This document shows positions 51,437-64,000 of a DNA stretch of 64,000 nt, piece by piece. Made by a program: the position numbers and the translations under genes. Numbering within the stretch: the stretch's first letter is position 1; every line of letters begins with the position of its first letter. This DNA is from Podarcis tiliguerta. Its lineage: Eukaryota. The notes beneath the pieces are model-generated. The model saw only the letters and a program-made list of their open reading frames with translations. It was not told the origin of the DNA and did no database searches. The DNA is taken from assembly GCA_965153285.1 (NCBI GenBank), contig OZ229115.1; one strand, 5' to 3'.

Positions 51437-52764
51437 AAACATATCCCTCACTTCATCTGTTTTGTGGCAGATATATTACATGTATAGAAACTGGGTTTTT
51501 AGAGTCATAGTTCCAGTTCTCTGGGATAAATTACCAGCCCAAATCAGACTGGTGCCTAATGAGATGGTGCTTAGACACCTACTGTATACATTTTTGTTGT
51601 TTAGGAAGGCTTCCTGTGAGGTATTTTATGAAAAAAAAAACATTTTATATTTGATTAAATGTTTTCATTGTTTTTAGAGTTTGTAAGGGTGGTTTTATTG
51701 TTGTAGAATTTGTTGAATTGATTTTATTGTGTGTGATTCTGTTTCTTACCCTGTACACCACTTTGATGACTTCATGCCATGAAGTGGTCTATACATTTGT
51801 TTAATAATAATAAAATGATATCAATATTAACAACAACAACTTGATTTTGTTTACAGAGGGAAATACACAGGCTGTCCAGAAGTCTTAAGACTCCATTTTC
51901 CATCTGTTCCAGCCAACATGGCCAATGGTCATGCATGATGGGAGTTGTAGTCCAAAAACATCTGGAGAGTCACAGGTTCCCCACCCCAATACAGACAAAG
52001 GACAGTTGCTGCCATTTTGGACTTTTAACATGCAGCAGTTGAAATACAACCAAAGCACATTTCCCCATGGGGAATATATTCACAAAGCAGGTGGTAGCTG
52101 CACCTTTCAGAACTTATTGTTAAATGAGGACTAGTGTAATGAATGGTCCACATGAGACTGCCTCAAAATGAGGCATATGTACAAAGGCAAATCTGTTTCC
52201 CACATCCTACTAGTGTAGGTTTTCTTTTCTCTCCACTGCTCTTCTATACACAATTCTCCTTGGGCCATTGGGCCTTGATAGCCTTAGTGATATACATGGG
52301 CGGTTGTCCATCATCCATCACTTTTCAAATGAAGAATTGCACTGTAGCTCATTCCATACACTCCGTCAACTGCTTTATGATTTACTTCAGGATTTTTATG
52401 CACTCATCCCAGACTCAGCTGATGTCAGGAGTAACAGCATCTTTGAAATGAACAATATGCCATGGTAGATCGAAAGCTCATGCTATTGTTTAATGTACCA
52501 AGTATAATAGGCAGTCCCTCTTACTTTGACTTTTATCTATATCCTTTCTGCTTGAGCGTTCTGAGTGCAAAATGCCAAGTGGCAAATAAAGGAGCCACAA
52601 GGTGCACTTACAGTGCATATATTTCCCCTAAAAGATCAACAGAAGGACAGTGGTTGCCTTGTTTGCATTCTTATGAGAGCAAGGCAGCTTGCACAATTTG
52701 GGTGAATTTCACGTGTTCCCCTGCTCAACATATGTGTACCTCCAGAGAAGCAAATATACATGGG

Positions 52765-52938
52765 AAAGACCATAGCTCTTGTATAGGTGCAAGTTAATCA
52801 TTGGCATCTCCAGTTAGCAATATCAGGTCATATAAGTCTTCTGTCTGAGACCCTAGAGAGCTGCTGCCAGGCAGAGTAGACAGTGCAGGGCTGGATAGAC
52901 CAATACTCTGACCTATTATAAGTCAGCTTCCCATGTTC
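52765..52938 (+). mobile_element. Old tRNA-derived SINE
   Basis: Similar to 15938-16122. Confidence 0.55.
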
Positions 52939-52979
52939 CAAAAATTTTGCATGACCTCCAACATCTGCCCTTTGTTGGT

Positions 52980-53460
52980 GTTGGTGGTGTTGTTTAGTCG
53001 TTTAGTCGTCTCCGACTCTTCATGACCCCATGGACCAGAGCACGCCAGGCACTCCTGTCTTCCACTGCCTCCCGCAGTTTGGTCAAACTCATGCTGGTAG
53101 CTTTGAAAACACTGTCCAACCATCTCATCCTCTGTTGTCCCTTTCTCCTTGTGCCCTCAATCTTTCCCAACATCTTTTCCAGGGAGTATTCTTTTCTCAT
53201 GAGGTGGCCAAAGTATTGGAGCCTCAGCTTCATCATCTGTCCTTCCAGTGAGCACTCAGGGCTGATTTCCTTCAGAATGGATAGGTTTTATCTTCTTGCA
53301 TTCCATGGGACTCTCAAGAGTCTCCTCCAGCACCATAATTCAAAAGCATCAATTCTTCGGCAATCAGCCTTCTTTATGGTCCAGCTCTCACTTCCATACA
53401 TCACTACTGGGAAAACCATAGCTTTAACTATATGGAACTTTCTTGGCAAGGTGATGTCTC
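52980..53460 (-). mobile_element. RTE-BovB LINE 3' fragment
   Basis: Minus-strand peptides VKAMVFPVVMYGSESWTIKKADCRRIDAFELWCWRRLLRVPW and KLRLQYFGHLMR...GQQRMRWLD; possible TSD tgttggt. Confidence 0.94.
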
Positions 53461-53562
53461 TGTTGGTAGTCACCATTTAAATCAGGGATGGGGAGTTCTC
53501 CCGGTGTCATTGGGAATGACAGGAGGAATGGCTGGAGTGGGGGGGGGATACTGCAACACACA

Positions 53563-53918
53563 CCGGTGGCGCTGTGGTCTAAACCACTGAGCCTAGGACT
53601 TGCTAGTCAGAAGGTCAGCAGTTTGAATCCCCATAATGGGGTGAGCTCCCAATGCTCGGTCCCAGCTCCTGCCCACCTAGCAGTTCAGAAGCATGTAAAA
53701 GTGAAAGTAGATAAATAGGTACCACTCCGGTGGGAAGGTAAACAGTGTTTCTGTGTGCTGCTCTGGTTCGCCAGAAGCAGCTTAGTCATGCTGGCCACAT
53801 GACCCAGAAGCTGTCTGCAGACAAATGCTGGCTCCCTTGGCCTGTAGAGCGAAATGAGAGTCACAACCGCAGAGTTGTCCATGACTGGACCTAACGGTCA
53901 GGGGTACCTTTATCTTTA
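53563..53918 (+). mobile_element. Sauria SINE
   Basis: ggtggcgctgtggtctaaaccactgagc...ggggtacctttatcttta. Confidence 0.9.
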
Positions 53919-55308
53919 ACGACAGAGCTGGTCCCAGAGACATTGGGCCATCTATCTCGAGCCAGAAAAGAGGACTAAATGAGCACTGGTTCAGTTCTGC
54001 AGAACTGTTCTTATACTTTAAAACCACATGGTCTTAGGATGACATTAGAATAGAATTCAGTCTGCTTTCACAACAAAGTGAGTGTGGTTAAATGACATGT
54101 TTTCAAGATGCATCCCGGATGCATCTTGGGGACATGACTGACCCTATCATTAGGCAAAGTGAAGTGACTGTATCAGGCGGCAGTTGCTGGGGAGGGGGCA
54201 CCACTGGCAGCTCGCTGGGTGTCCCTCCTGAACCCCATGCGTGTGTGTCGTGTGGCATGTCCTGCACCCCCACAATTAGCCTGCTATTCTGTGGCGTGTA
54301 TGGAAATAAGATTCTGTTACAAATTCAGATGACTTCTGTACATTGATTGGCGAGGGCGCCATCTTGTAGCAAAATATCCTGGATCGGCCATGCTTGGGGA
54401 AGTTGAAACTTTGTAAATCTGGCTATAACACAAGCTAGTAAGTGTACTTTGTGATGATGAGGTTCAGTTATATGTATAAATGCTGTGTTTGTGTAGCCTA
54501 CTTAGGGATATTGACTGGCCTTGCATGGTAGATTAAAACAGGAACCTCCCCCACAACACTCCATAATAACTGTTTTCATTGCATAAAGTGAAAAAAAAGG
54601 ATAATCAAATTTTATGCTTCAGATAGCATGTGCAGGACTCCCACTGAAGTTGATAAAAGCTCTGTGGCTACTCAAACCCTTTATTTTTTCTGCTTTACTT
54701 GTTCAGAGTGGCTCAGGATATTTGCCAACTGTTATTGAATTTAAGCACTGAACGCTAACAGAGTTCAGCTGACCCTGAAAGAATATTTTTTTTAAAAGCA
54801 GTGATATTTTTGAAGTACTTACGAACAGGCCATAATTGTCTCCCATACACTTCTGTGTTTTGGGGTAGAGAGGAGTACATTTAATGCTAATTCTATGCAA
54901 ATTGCTTTAAAAGCACAGCCGGTCCATCTCTTTAAAAGCAATAGCAATGGCATCATCAAAAGGTGCTGGCAAATATAATTAGCCAACTGAAGAGCTTCTG
55001 CTTCCAACGCTAGAATCAAAGAAAGAAGTTGGAGCAATTTATGAAAAAGAGGGAGTGTAGAAGAAGAAGGTCCAGGAAGCAGCAGAAAAGACAATGTTCT
55101 TCCCAGTGAGACCACTCTTACCAAAGACTTCCTTGTAGCTAAGACTTACTGAGATCACACTCGCTATGGCGCTCAGATCCAGTACAGTGGTACCTCAGGT
55201 TAAGTGCTGTGTCCACCACAATCAGTGCTATTTCCGTTCCACTGCAGTTCGACCTATGTTGTTGTGTGCCATGCTGTCTGCTGTTGCCCAAACTACTGTA
55301 ATTATGTA

Positions 55309-55537
55309 CAGTGGTACCTCGGGTTAAGTACTTAATTCGTTCCAGAGGCCTGTACTTAACCTGAAACTGTTCTTAACCTGAAGCACCACTTTAGCTAATG
55401 CCGCCACACCGCCGAAGCATAATTTCTGTTCTCATCCTGAAGCAAAGTTCTTAACCTGAAGCACTATTTCTGGGTTAGCAGAGTCTGTAACCTGAAGCAT
55501 ATGTAACCTGAAGCATATGTAACCTGAGGTACCACTG
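55309..55537. mobile_element. Tigger/pogo-like MITE
   Basis: TIR cagtggtacctc(g/a)ggtta; TA flanks; same family as 22651 and 60401. Confidence 0.9.
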
Positions 55538-58500
55538 TAAATAACTCATTTATCCCGGCCGTTGTCAGCAGTGCCTGGAAGTAATATAATCTAAGTCAGG
55601 GATGGGCCACTTACAACCCTTAGCCTGATTTTATACAACTTGAGCTTTATTTCATTCAGGTGGAAAGAACAGAGAAAACAGGTGGGAAGAGGCTGGCAGA
55701 GAGAGGTGCCCTGGGCCTCACTTTTGGTTCTCGTCCCTCAACATTTGACTTTGGTTGTGCAAGTAAGAAGGTGGCATGACAGATGTTCCATTAGTGGCTG
55801 CTGACCTTCACCCATACAGAGAAGATGCCAATGAAAGACATCCTGGATGAGGAATCTAGTCCACAGGAGAGGGCAAAGCTTCCTATGAAGGAACACAAAA
55901 GAGCCAATTACATTTCTTTCTTTTTTTTACCCTTCCCTTGTGCAGGCTGTACAAGACCTGAAGGGAGAGGTTGGTCAACATAGAAAGTGATGAGGGAAAA
56001 TGTATCTGGGCAGAGACTCATGTGCAAGGAAAAAGTGATAGAGCATATATTTTGACAACATAGCCACAAAGTCCTATGATCTACACCACCTTTCTGCCCT
56101 GGTAAACATCACATTTCTTCAGCAGAGTGTATTGGGCTGTATTCAGACATGAGGATTATTGCCGGTACGTTAGTTTTCATGGTTATAATGCTAGTGCTTC
56201 TGTCCCAGTTTCTAATGTTCCTTTTACATTGCACCCTGTTGCCTTATAGAACTGTGGCTTTTTTAATCAAGATACTGCTATGTTGGGCTGCATTTCACTC
56301 ACACCAGTGGACATGATGTGACACAACGACAGACTTCTTTAGACATCTCAACACCTTGTGTGCTTGCATTCGCCCATGAAAATAGCAGGAAAGAACTGTG
56401 TGCTGTGTTATGGCCTCATGATTTTCCCAGTTACCAATCTTTTATTGTTGTTTTACTTTTCTGTATGTCACTAATAGAATTTATTTTAAGAACTGGTTAT
56501 CTCTCTCTTTTCTTTCCATATCCAAGTCATTGTAAAATTGTGCAGCCTTTTGTCTTCTGTACTTTAAAATCCAAGAGTTTTACTTTTCACTTGAAACCAT
56601 CTCATCTACACTATTAAAAACCCTCTTTGATAACCTTCCCCGCCAACAATCTCCCCTTCAGCCAATTCAACAGCCATTTCTCTCCCCAACCTAAGAAGTA
56701 TGCATGCATATGAATGAGCAAAATGTGGATTTTAATTAAAGTAGTTCCTTGCAAACAGTTTCCAATATCGATTCCATCTTTGCAAGCCATCTATGAATTA
56801 CTCTTCAGTCCCTACAATTAAGGTCATTTACCTAACAATAAATTATGTGTCTAGGTGGTTAAATCACAAGAAACGGATGACTTCATTGAATATTGTTCAA
56901 TGAAAAATAAGATAGAAAAAGTCCCTTTGAAAAACAATTTGGCTTCAGTCAATGGTGTGATTAATTTGTCTCACTGGTTTCATTGGAACTTTGGTACTGT
57001 GCTGTATTCAAACACAGTGGCTTAACTGAGCACTGTCCCATTATTGTACAAGCAACAACATTGCCTGCCTTGAGAATCCATCACCTCTTTCTTTCCTCGG
57101 CCTAGAAGGAAGTCAGCTTGCAAACTCAGATTAGTAACCCTGCTGGAAGCTGTATAAAACCCTGCCAAGAAGTTACCAACACCTAAACAGAACCTAAATT
57201 TCATAGTCAAGGTTCAACACATGTATGATTAACTGTAGTTGGTTAGGTAGTTAAAATAAAATATTTAAGAACGTGAATTTGTTCATCACCACTGGGTGTT
57301 GCCCTGATTGTAGAAAGTATGTAACAGAGGGGCAGGGACCATTACAGGCTAATGGGGCAGATAGCTTCTGAAGGTCCTAAACGTGTTCATTTGGAAATGC
57401 AATCCAATCCCACTTATTAATTTCATTGTATTTATATCCCTCCCTCCCTCCCCAAGGATCTCAGGGCACAATTTGAAAACGAAGGGGTGCTGGAATCCTG
57501 AAACATTTAAAATGCTCTAAAAATAATTACCATTAAAAACATCTAAAAGCAGTTACACTTAAAAGCATTCTAAAAGCAATTCCAGTTAAAAACATTCTTC
57601 CATCCAATGATCTTGGGGTTGCCAGGAACAGCATTCAGTATTATATTCCATGGTGCACAAGGTGCTCTTTAGGATTACATCATCTTCTGCTTATCATTTG
57701 ATCTCTGTTCTTTCTAGATGCTATAGGTGAACGTTTCGCTTTTAGGAAAATGAGCCGCAGCTGATTTCTAATACCTTCTTCAACAATAGGTGTGAAATGG
57801 AATTCCATGGAAGCTTTCAAATTACGGCCCACTTACATGTGTGCATTGTATCAGCGGTGACACTTTGATATATTGATAGCGGGCTGACAGTTCTTTTGAC
57901 TGAGTAGAATTTGCCCCAAGGACTGAGAAAGCAGGGGCACTTGCAGTCACAAGACGTATTGCATGCACAAACCGAGATGAAATTTTGGTTAAACAGCTAC
58001 ATGAGGCTGTGTCTTGAGAGTAAAAGGTTAGGCAATAACATGATTAGGAATATTGTGCACAACACAGAAAGCAAGCAGAGGCCTTGCAGTGCTAGGCTGA
58101 ATATTCCACCCAGAGTGATCTCAGTGATTTTTGGGGTTGGTAGTAGAGTGAATCCCTCCCTAAGAACACATGTGGTGGCATGTTCAGGATGGGATGGAGG
58201 ACTTTGTAGAGGGGTGCATTATGTCCTTTCTGTTGTTAATGAATTGCTCCATGAGGTTTTTCTTATTAGGTTTAAAAGCCATGCCACTCAGCTGTAGGCT
58301 AGCTACCACATTCTTTGAAACAGGGCTGCTCTGAGAAGGAAGCAACATGGCGACATAGTGTTGCTGCCAGGGACACAGTTGTCTGAGGCTGATGGAGTTG
58401 TAGTCGAAAACATATGGAGGGCACCAGGTTGGGGAAATCAATCATAGCTAATAGGCACTGGGAAGCCTATGCTTCATGAAATTGTCTATTCTTCTTTGAT

Positions 58501-59863
58501 AGCCAACTAAGCTAGTGGCCAGCAGCAAAGGAGGTGGTGAATCTCATTGATCAGGGAAGGAGAATCTGAATCAATGGTCAGGGATTATGGTCAATATCTG
58601 GAGAGCTACAGGTTCCCCAGCCCTGCCAAACGTCAACCGTTCACCATGTGAGCAAATACTCCTGTTCTAAAACTCTGTTTCATTTGGGTGGCTCTGGAAT
58701 CTAGTGTTATAAGAGAGGGAGGAAAAGCTGTTCTCTATCCACACCAGGAATAATTGTGTAAATCTCAATCATCTCCCACTTGCTTTTGGACTAGCGTGCC
58801 TCAGACCTTGCAACTTTCTCTTTGTTTTGACTGGACATTTTGGCACCTTTCCCACTGTTTTGTGAGATGCCGTGGTCAGAGCTGTATGATGCAGTATGCT
58901 CTATATTTATTTGTATAAAGGCATGACAAGACTGAAAAGTTGTCCCACATCACATTCAGTCAGTGTCATAAGAATAGATCCAGGATAATGATCTTACTCC
59001 AGTTCCTTGAAGTGCCAAGATAGGGCAGTCTATTAACATAGAAAGGCTTGAGAAGAATTGTACAGGTTAGAACACCATCTAGGACTTTCATGGAGAGCTA
59101 GGTATTTCACACAGAGACTTGACTTTCTTTTGCTTCATTTCTAAGCTATAACTCTCCTGCCTCATTAGATATCCTGAAGACACCAAGACTGGGAAGAAAT
59201 ATCATCTCCCATGCCCTCATTATGTTGCAGACAACTAAAACACATTTATGGCATTTTTGTTTGTTTGCTTGTTTCCTGTTCTGCAGCAAACCTCTTACTG
59301 TATTTATTTCCGATTCTTCATGAACCTCATTGCCTCATGGAAGAGTGATTGCTGCAGCTCTGCTAATGGGGTGAGATGCCTATTTCATTATTTATTCTTC
59401 TGATATCTAGGTGTATTGAAGTGAGGGTGAAATTATAATTTACTTAGGATAGCCTTTTTTGTTCTCTATTTTTGCACTCCAAGAACAAGGTTGTTTATGT
59501 CTGATGCTTCTTTATGTTGCTTAGGGTTGCCACTTGATCATTCTCATTGCTCACTGCAAATTTGCCCATGTTTTGGATTAACAAAGCACTAGGCAGCACA
59601 ACAGCAATTTTAATAACAGGGTTACACTAGACACCTAGATTCTGGCTAGGACAGGAATTATCTGTCCATCTGTCACTCATTCTTTCTCTCTCTCTCACAC
59701 ACACACAAACATTTAAAAACAACATAATTGTACTTCAGGAGACGCAACTGCTGTACAGAATGAAAGCGGTTGGGAACTAGCTTTGTCTGTTGAGATGTGT
59801 GTGGAAAAAATGAGGAGAGCGAGAAACTGGATAGAGCATCCTGGGTGGCTGTTTTGTTTAAAC

Positions 59864-59999
59864 CAGTGTTTCCCAAACTTGGGTTTCCTGCTGTTTTTGG
59901 ATTACAATTCCCATCATTCCTAGCTAGCAGGACCGGTAGTCAGGGATGATGGGAACTGTAGTTCCAAAACAGTTGGAGACCTAGGTTTGGGAAACACCG
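59864..59999. mobile_element. hAT MITE (near-palindrome); degraded relatives at ~43411-43550, 51880-51985 and 58370-58625
   Basis: cagtgtttcccaaac...gtttgggaaacaccg; core shared with 39183-39318. Confidence 0.85.
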
Positions 60000-60400
60000 G
60001 TTTTAAAGCCTGATTAGTCATTCAATATTTGTTGCAGGTCCAGCAGTGGCTGGTGCCCATTAGGGCTGGTAGTCAAGTAGGCCAACAGTAGGTGAAGCTA
60101 GAAGCAATGAGAAGCAAAGCCCATCCTCTTCCCTGATGAGTTCTACAAGGGCAAAACTGTGATTAAGGAGGAGGAAGCTGAGAACCAAGGCTACCCTCTG
60201 GGCTAACTGTATTTATTTATTGAAAATTTATCACCGGCTCTTTCAAAAATATAACAAGACAGCTTATAACATATAACATGCAATAAACTCACTGTATAAA
60301 AAACATAATTTAACATAATTTAAAAACAGGAGATGTAAGAAAGAAATAAGTTTGGGAGGGAGGAGGGAGGAAAGCAAGCACAGTCACTACTTTATAGTTA

Positions 60401-60625
60401 CAGTGGTACCTCGGGTTACAGACGCTTCAGGTTACAGACTCCGCTAACCCAGAAATAGTACTTTAGGTTAAGAACTTTACCTCAGGATGAGAATAGAAAT
60501 CACGTGGCGGCGGGGCGGCGGCAGTGGGAGGCCCCATTAGCTAAAGTGGTACTCAGGTTAAGAACAGTTTCAGGTTAAGAACGGACCTCCAGAATGAATT
60601 ACATTCTTAACCCGAGGTACCACTG
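60401..60625. mobile_element. Tigger/pogo-like MITE, opposite orientation to 22651
   Basis: Perfect TIR cagtggtacctcgggtta; TA flanks. Confidence 0.92.
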
Positions 60626-62969
60626 TATAGAATTTTTGTAATGATGAACTGGAATGGTGAGATTTGGAGAAAATGAGTTTTCTTTTCACTCCTTTTCCTA
60701 ATGATCTGTGGCATTGAATTTTCCATTTTCACAGCTACTGCATACTGGGTTGACGTCTTCATTGAGCTATCCATGACATCCTCAAGTTGTTGTTGTTTTT
60801 TTAATTGTTAATAGTTGTTAAATTAAATAAATTGATAAAAAGGTGGGGGAGAGAAATGAAAGGGGTGAAGTAACATAATGAAATTATCTGTGCAATTTCT
60901 GTAATTACGCAAATTACGCAAGTTGTGTAGTTTCACCACAGTGGACAGTGAGACGAATAGCATAGTTTTTGGTGGAAGGCAAAATGCAGTGTAATGGAAA
61001 CAGTTCTGCATCTGGCAAATCAAGAGGGGAATGGAAAGTGATGCCTTCTTACAGCCCTATCTGCCACTGAGCCACACAGCCCTCCTTCCTTTCTCAATGA
61101 CACGGGAGACAATGTGACTTCCAAGAGGGTGTCTCAAGGATCTGCATACCTTATCTAAAAGCAGAGGATGTTTTTTAATACATCCCTAATGATTGTTTTG
61201 TTCAAAAATTAATAGATAGATTAATTGATTTAAATCCACATGATTAAATTGAGGGATATTTAATTGTTCCCTCTTAATTGGGTGACAGCCCTGCTTCTCA
61301 TTTTTATGTAATGAGAGGGAAGCTGACTGTATCTTTTCCCAAGGTGCTTCTTTCTATTTATCGCAAGGACAATGGCTAGTAGAATAATGATTGTTAAAAA
61401 CATGGATTGCCTTCCTAATACTAGTTTATATGAATCTACTCCTTTGGCTAGAAATCAGATTGCTGGAAAGCCAGGCTTTGTTCTGGAATTTATTGTATTT
61501 CCTGCAGATGTTGGGGTTAGACATAATGTGAGATCACTGCAGTGTTCAATGACAGCATCATTGCTGCTGTATATATCACAGTTGGATGAGTAGTAAGAAA
61601 TAATTGATTTGCAAATAAAAGCACAGAGTTCAGCATTCTGCTATGATTCACTGGGTCACATAATTTATTACACACAGGTAGAAGGGCAATAGAAGAATAA
61701 TTCACAACAACATGATTTGCAAAACTAAAACTTTTCATGGATTTCAGCATGATTGAATATTCATCTAAAAATTCATGCTCAGTAATACTTTTTATTTTTA
61801 AAAAATTATTATTACAACCAGGGATGCTTGAGAAATCCAATTTATGTGAATTCCAGTGCTAACTGACCTGATTTGCACCATTATCCTTTGGATTTTGCAA
61901 ATTTTGTGAAATGGTTCTCAGCTCAGAAGAAGTATCGAAATACATTAAAAACCACATATTTCAGGATTAAATACATTCAGAAATGCATGCATTAAAAAGC
62001 ACATTTAAATAATATCTTGTGATCTAATGTATATTTAAAATATGTACTTAAATACAAAACTTTGTGCAGATATTTTTTAAGGCAAAAAGCATAGCTTAAT
62101 GTGGAAATGTGGCAGAACTGACTTATGAGTGAAAACATGCAAGGCTGGCACAAACCCGTCATCCCTAATTACAACTATATATTTGCAAACCAATCAAACA
62201 CATGTATAATTTTTGAGTATGGATATCTACAGGATCCGTGCAAGTAAGCTGGCCAATGGGGTTCAGTAACATTCATCAAAATGCATGGAGTTATTTCTGG
62301 ATGAGGCAGCATGTTCTGGGAATTATCCAAACAACCTCAGAGCACAAATAATGAACAAGACAACAAAATAAGCGAGTAACAAACAACTGATGCCAGAGGC
62401 AGAAAAATAATTTCTCCACATTTATTGGCAAATACTAACAATGCAAGCATTCACGAAGAGCCACGAGCTGTTTGTGATAGATTTGCTAATCCCAAAGCAG
62501 TTAGCTTAGTTATGAAGTGTATTTGAAACACATAGTTAAAGATCTTCATGGGGAAATGTAGGGAAACATATAGAGGAAATTACAGGAATTAAGGAACCAT
62601 GGCAAAGTGTTGCAAACTGAGAAGGTAAATTCATTACTCATTGCAAGTCTGCTTAGGTTTGTGTTTTGTTAACCTACAATCATACATTTATTCTGTTTTC
62701 TACTTAAATCTCATATTTCTGCACCCCCTAAGTTTTTCCATTATATAGTGGGAGAGGAGTTCATTGAAAAAAACCCAACCTGGGAACACTAAATGATAGA
62801 AATGGCCATTTCAACAAAGATTCTGTGAGCGCAGCATACCATGCATCTGAAAAGACTGTTCAAAGCAACACTTGATGTCCATAGACACACATTTGCTGGA
62901 CTGGAGGAGGTGGATGTGTTCCTCTGTCTGGTATTGTTGTCATGAATGAGCCAGCTCCCAGGGAAGGTG

Positions 62970-63337
62970 TGTAGCCAGGGAAGAGTTGCTGCTAACTGAA
63001 GAAAGCAGCCAGGAACAGAGAGGATTAACAGCTATGCAGGATGAGCATCAGCTAGTGCCAACTCCCCTGCCCCTTGGAATGCTGGCTGATAAGGGAATAG
63101 CGGAGAGCTGGCTAGAATGCTGTCAAAGCTCACCAGAAGCACAAACAGGTGGGAAAGAGTTAAGAGACAGCATCTCAGAGAACAGAGAAGAGGTGGGAGC
63201 TGACCCACTCTCTCTGAGGTCTCGATGAATGGGAGGGCTGCAAGACAGGAAGACAAAAGACATCTGAAGTGAAGGTTAGAGCCGTCCAGAGATATCGGTT
63301 TGTTTTTGCAATAAATCCTGCTTTTTAATTAGCTACA
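62970..63337 (+). mobile_element. Possible degraded solo LTR
   Basis: TGTAGC...GCTACA inverted ends, purine-rich body and AATAAA at 63310; no TSD found. Confidence 0.3.
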
Positions 63338-64000
63338 CTTACTGTGTTATAAGGTTGAGAACCTGAACTCCAGACAATTGCCTATGGAAGCCAAACTCCC
63401 CCAGTGAGGGAGCTGTGCAACCATGAGGCACCTCAAAGTGCCTTCCCAAATGGTGGATGGGCAGAAGCTACCAATAGTGGTAGCCCTGCCAGACGTAGCC
63501 AGTGGAGTCCCACAAAACAGGACAGCTGGGCTGCCAAGGGACCTGATGGTTGAAGATCCAGTCATGCTGCCTGTCACCACATGCCTCTTTTCCATGCCAT
63601 CCTGGGAGATGGCATAGCAAAAAGACATTTTGCCTCTCCCCCACCTGCTCAGTTCTGCTCTAGCTCATGCAATCAGTGAGGCTGTAGGTGCAGCAGTGAT
63701 TGTGCTGATACATTAAGCCCCTCTGCTGCCATAAAATGAGGACATACAAAGACCCTGCTGGATTAGGCCAGTGTGGCCCATCTAGTCCAGCATCCTATGT
63801 GCAAAAAAAGCATATATTAATGAGTGCATAAAAACAAACATACAAAATGCACTGTAGGAAGGAATAGTGCTTGCAAAAATGTGTCTATCAGAGAAATTGC
63901 ATACAAAAAATGTGTATGTTAGGAGGAATGTGCATTAAAATGCTGACAAATTATCATGAGGACATCTTAACAAAATCACAAATTGATGTATAAATGTGAG

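Overview
Vertebrate genomic DNA, most likely from a lacertid lizard (inferred from Sauria SINEs, BovB, and squamate-type L1/L2 and MITEs). The only host gene I can support is the 3' end of PTPRT on the + strand: its last three coding exons (402-565, 1308-1443, 2959-3012, end of the D2 phosphatase domain) and a probable ~9.7 kb 3'UTR ending near AATAAA at 12722. The remaining ~51 kb is intergenic and rich in transposable elements, many with readable target-site duplications (TSDs). Most ORFs in the track are spurious or TE-derived. Two observations stand out. (1) Two diverged copies (14437-15193, 46904-48426) of a non-coding element with TTGC...GCAA ends and no visible TSD. They have a promoter-like front end, a poly(A) signal and RNA helices that show compensatory changes between the copies, including a U-rich internal loop. 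(2) A 2.25 kb, apparently complete, ORF2-less retroelement (31414-33661) with an 18-20 bp TSD and a coiled-coil-like ORF. It shares a 3'UTR block with the L1 lying 620 bp downstream. Family names come from my recognition of the sequence, not from database searches.
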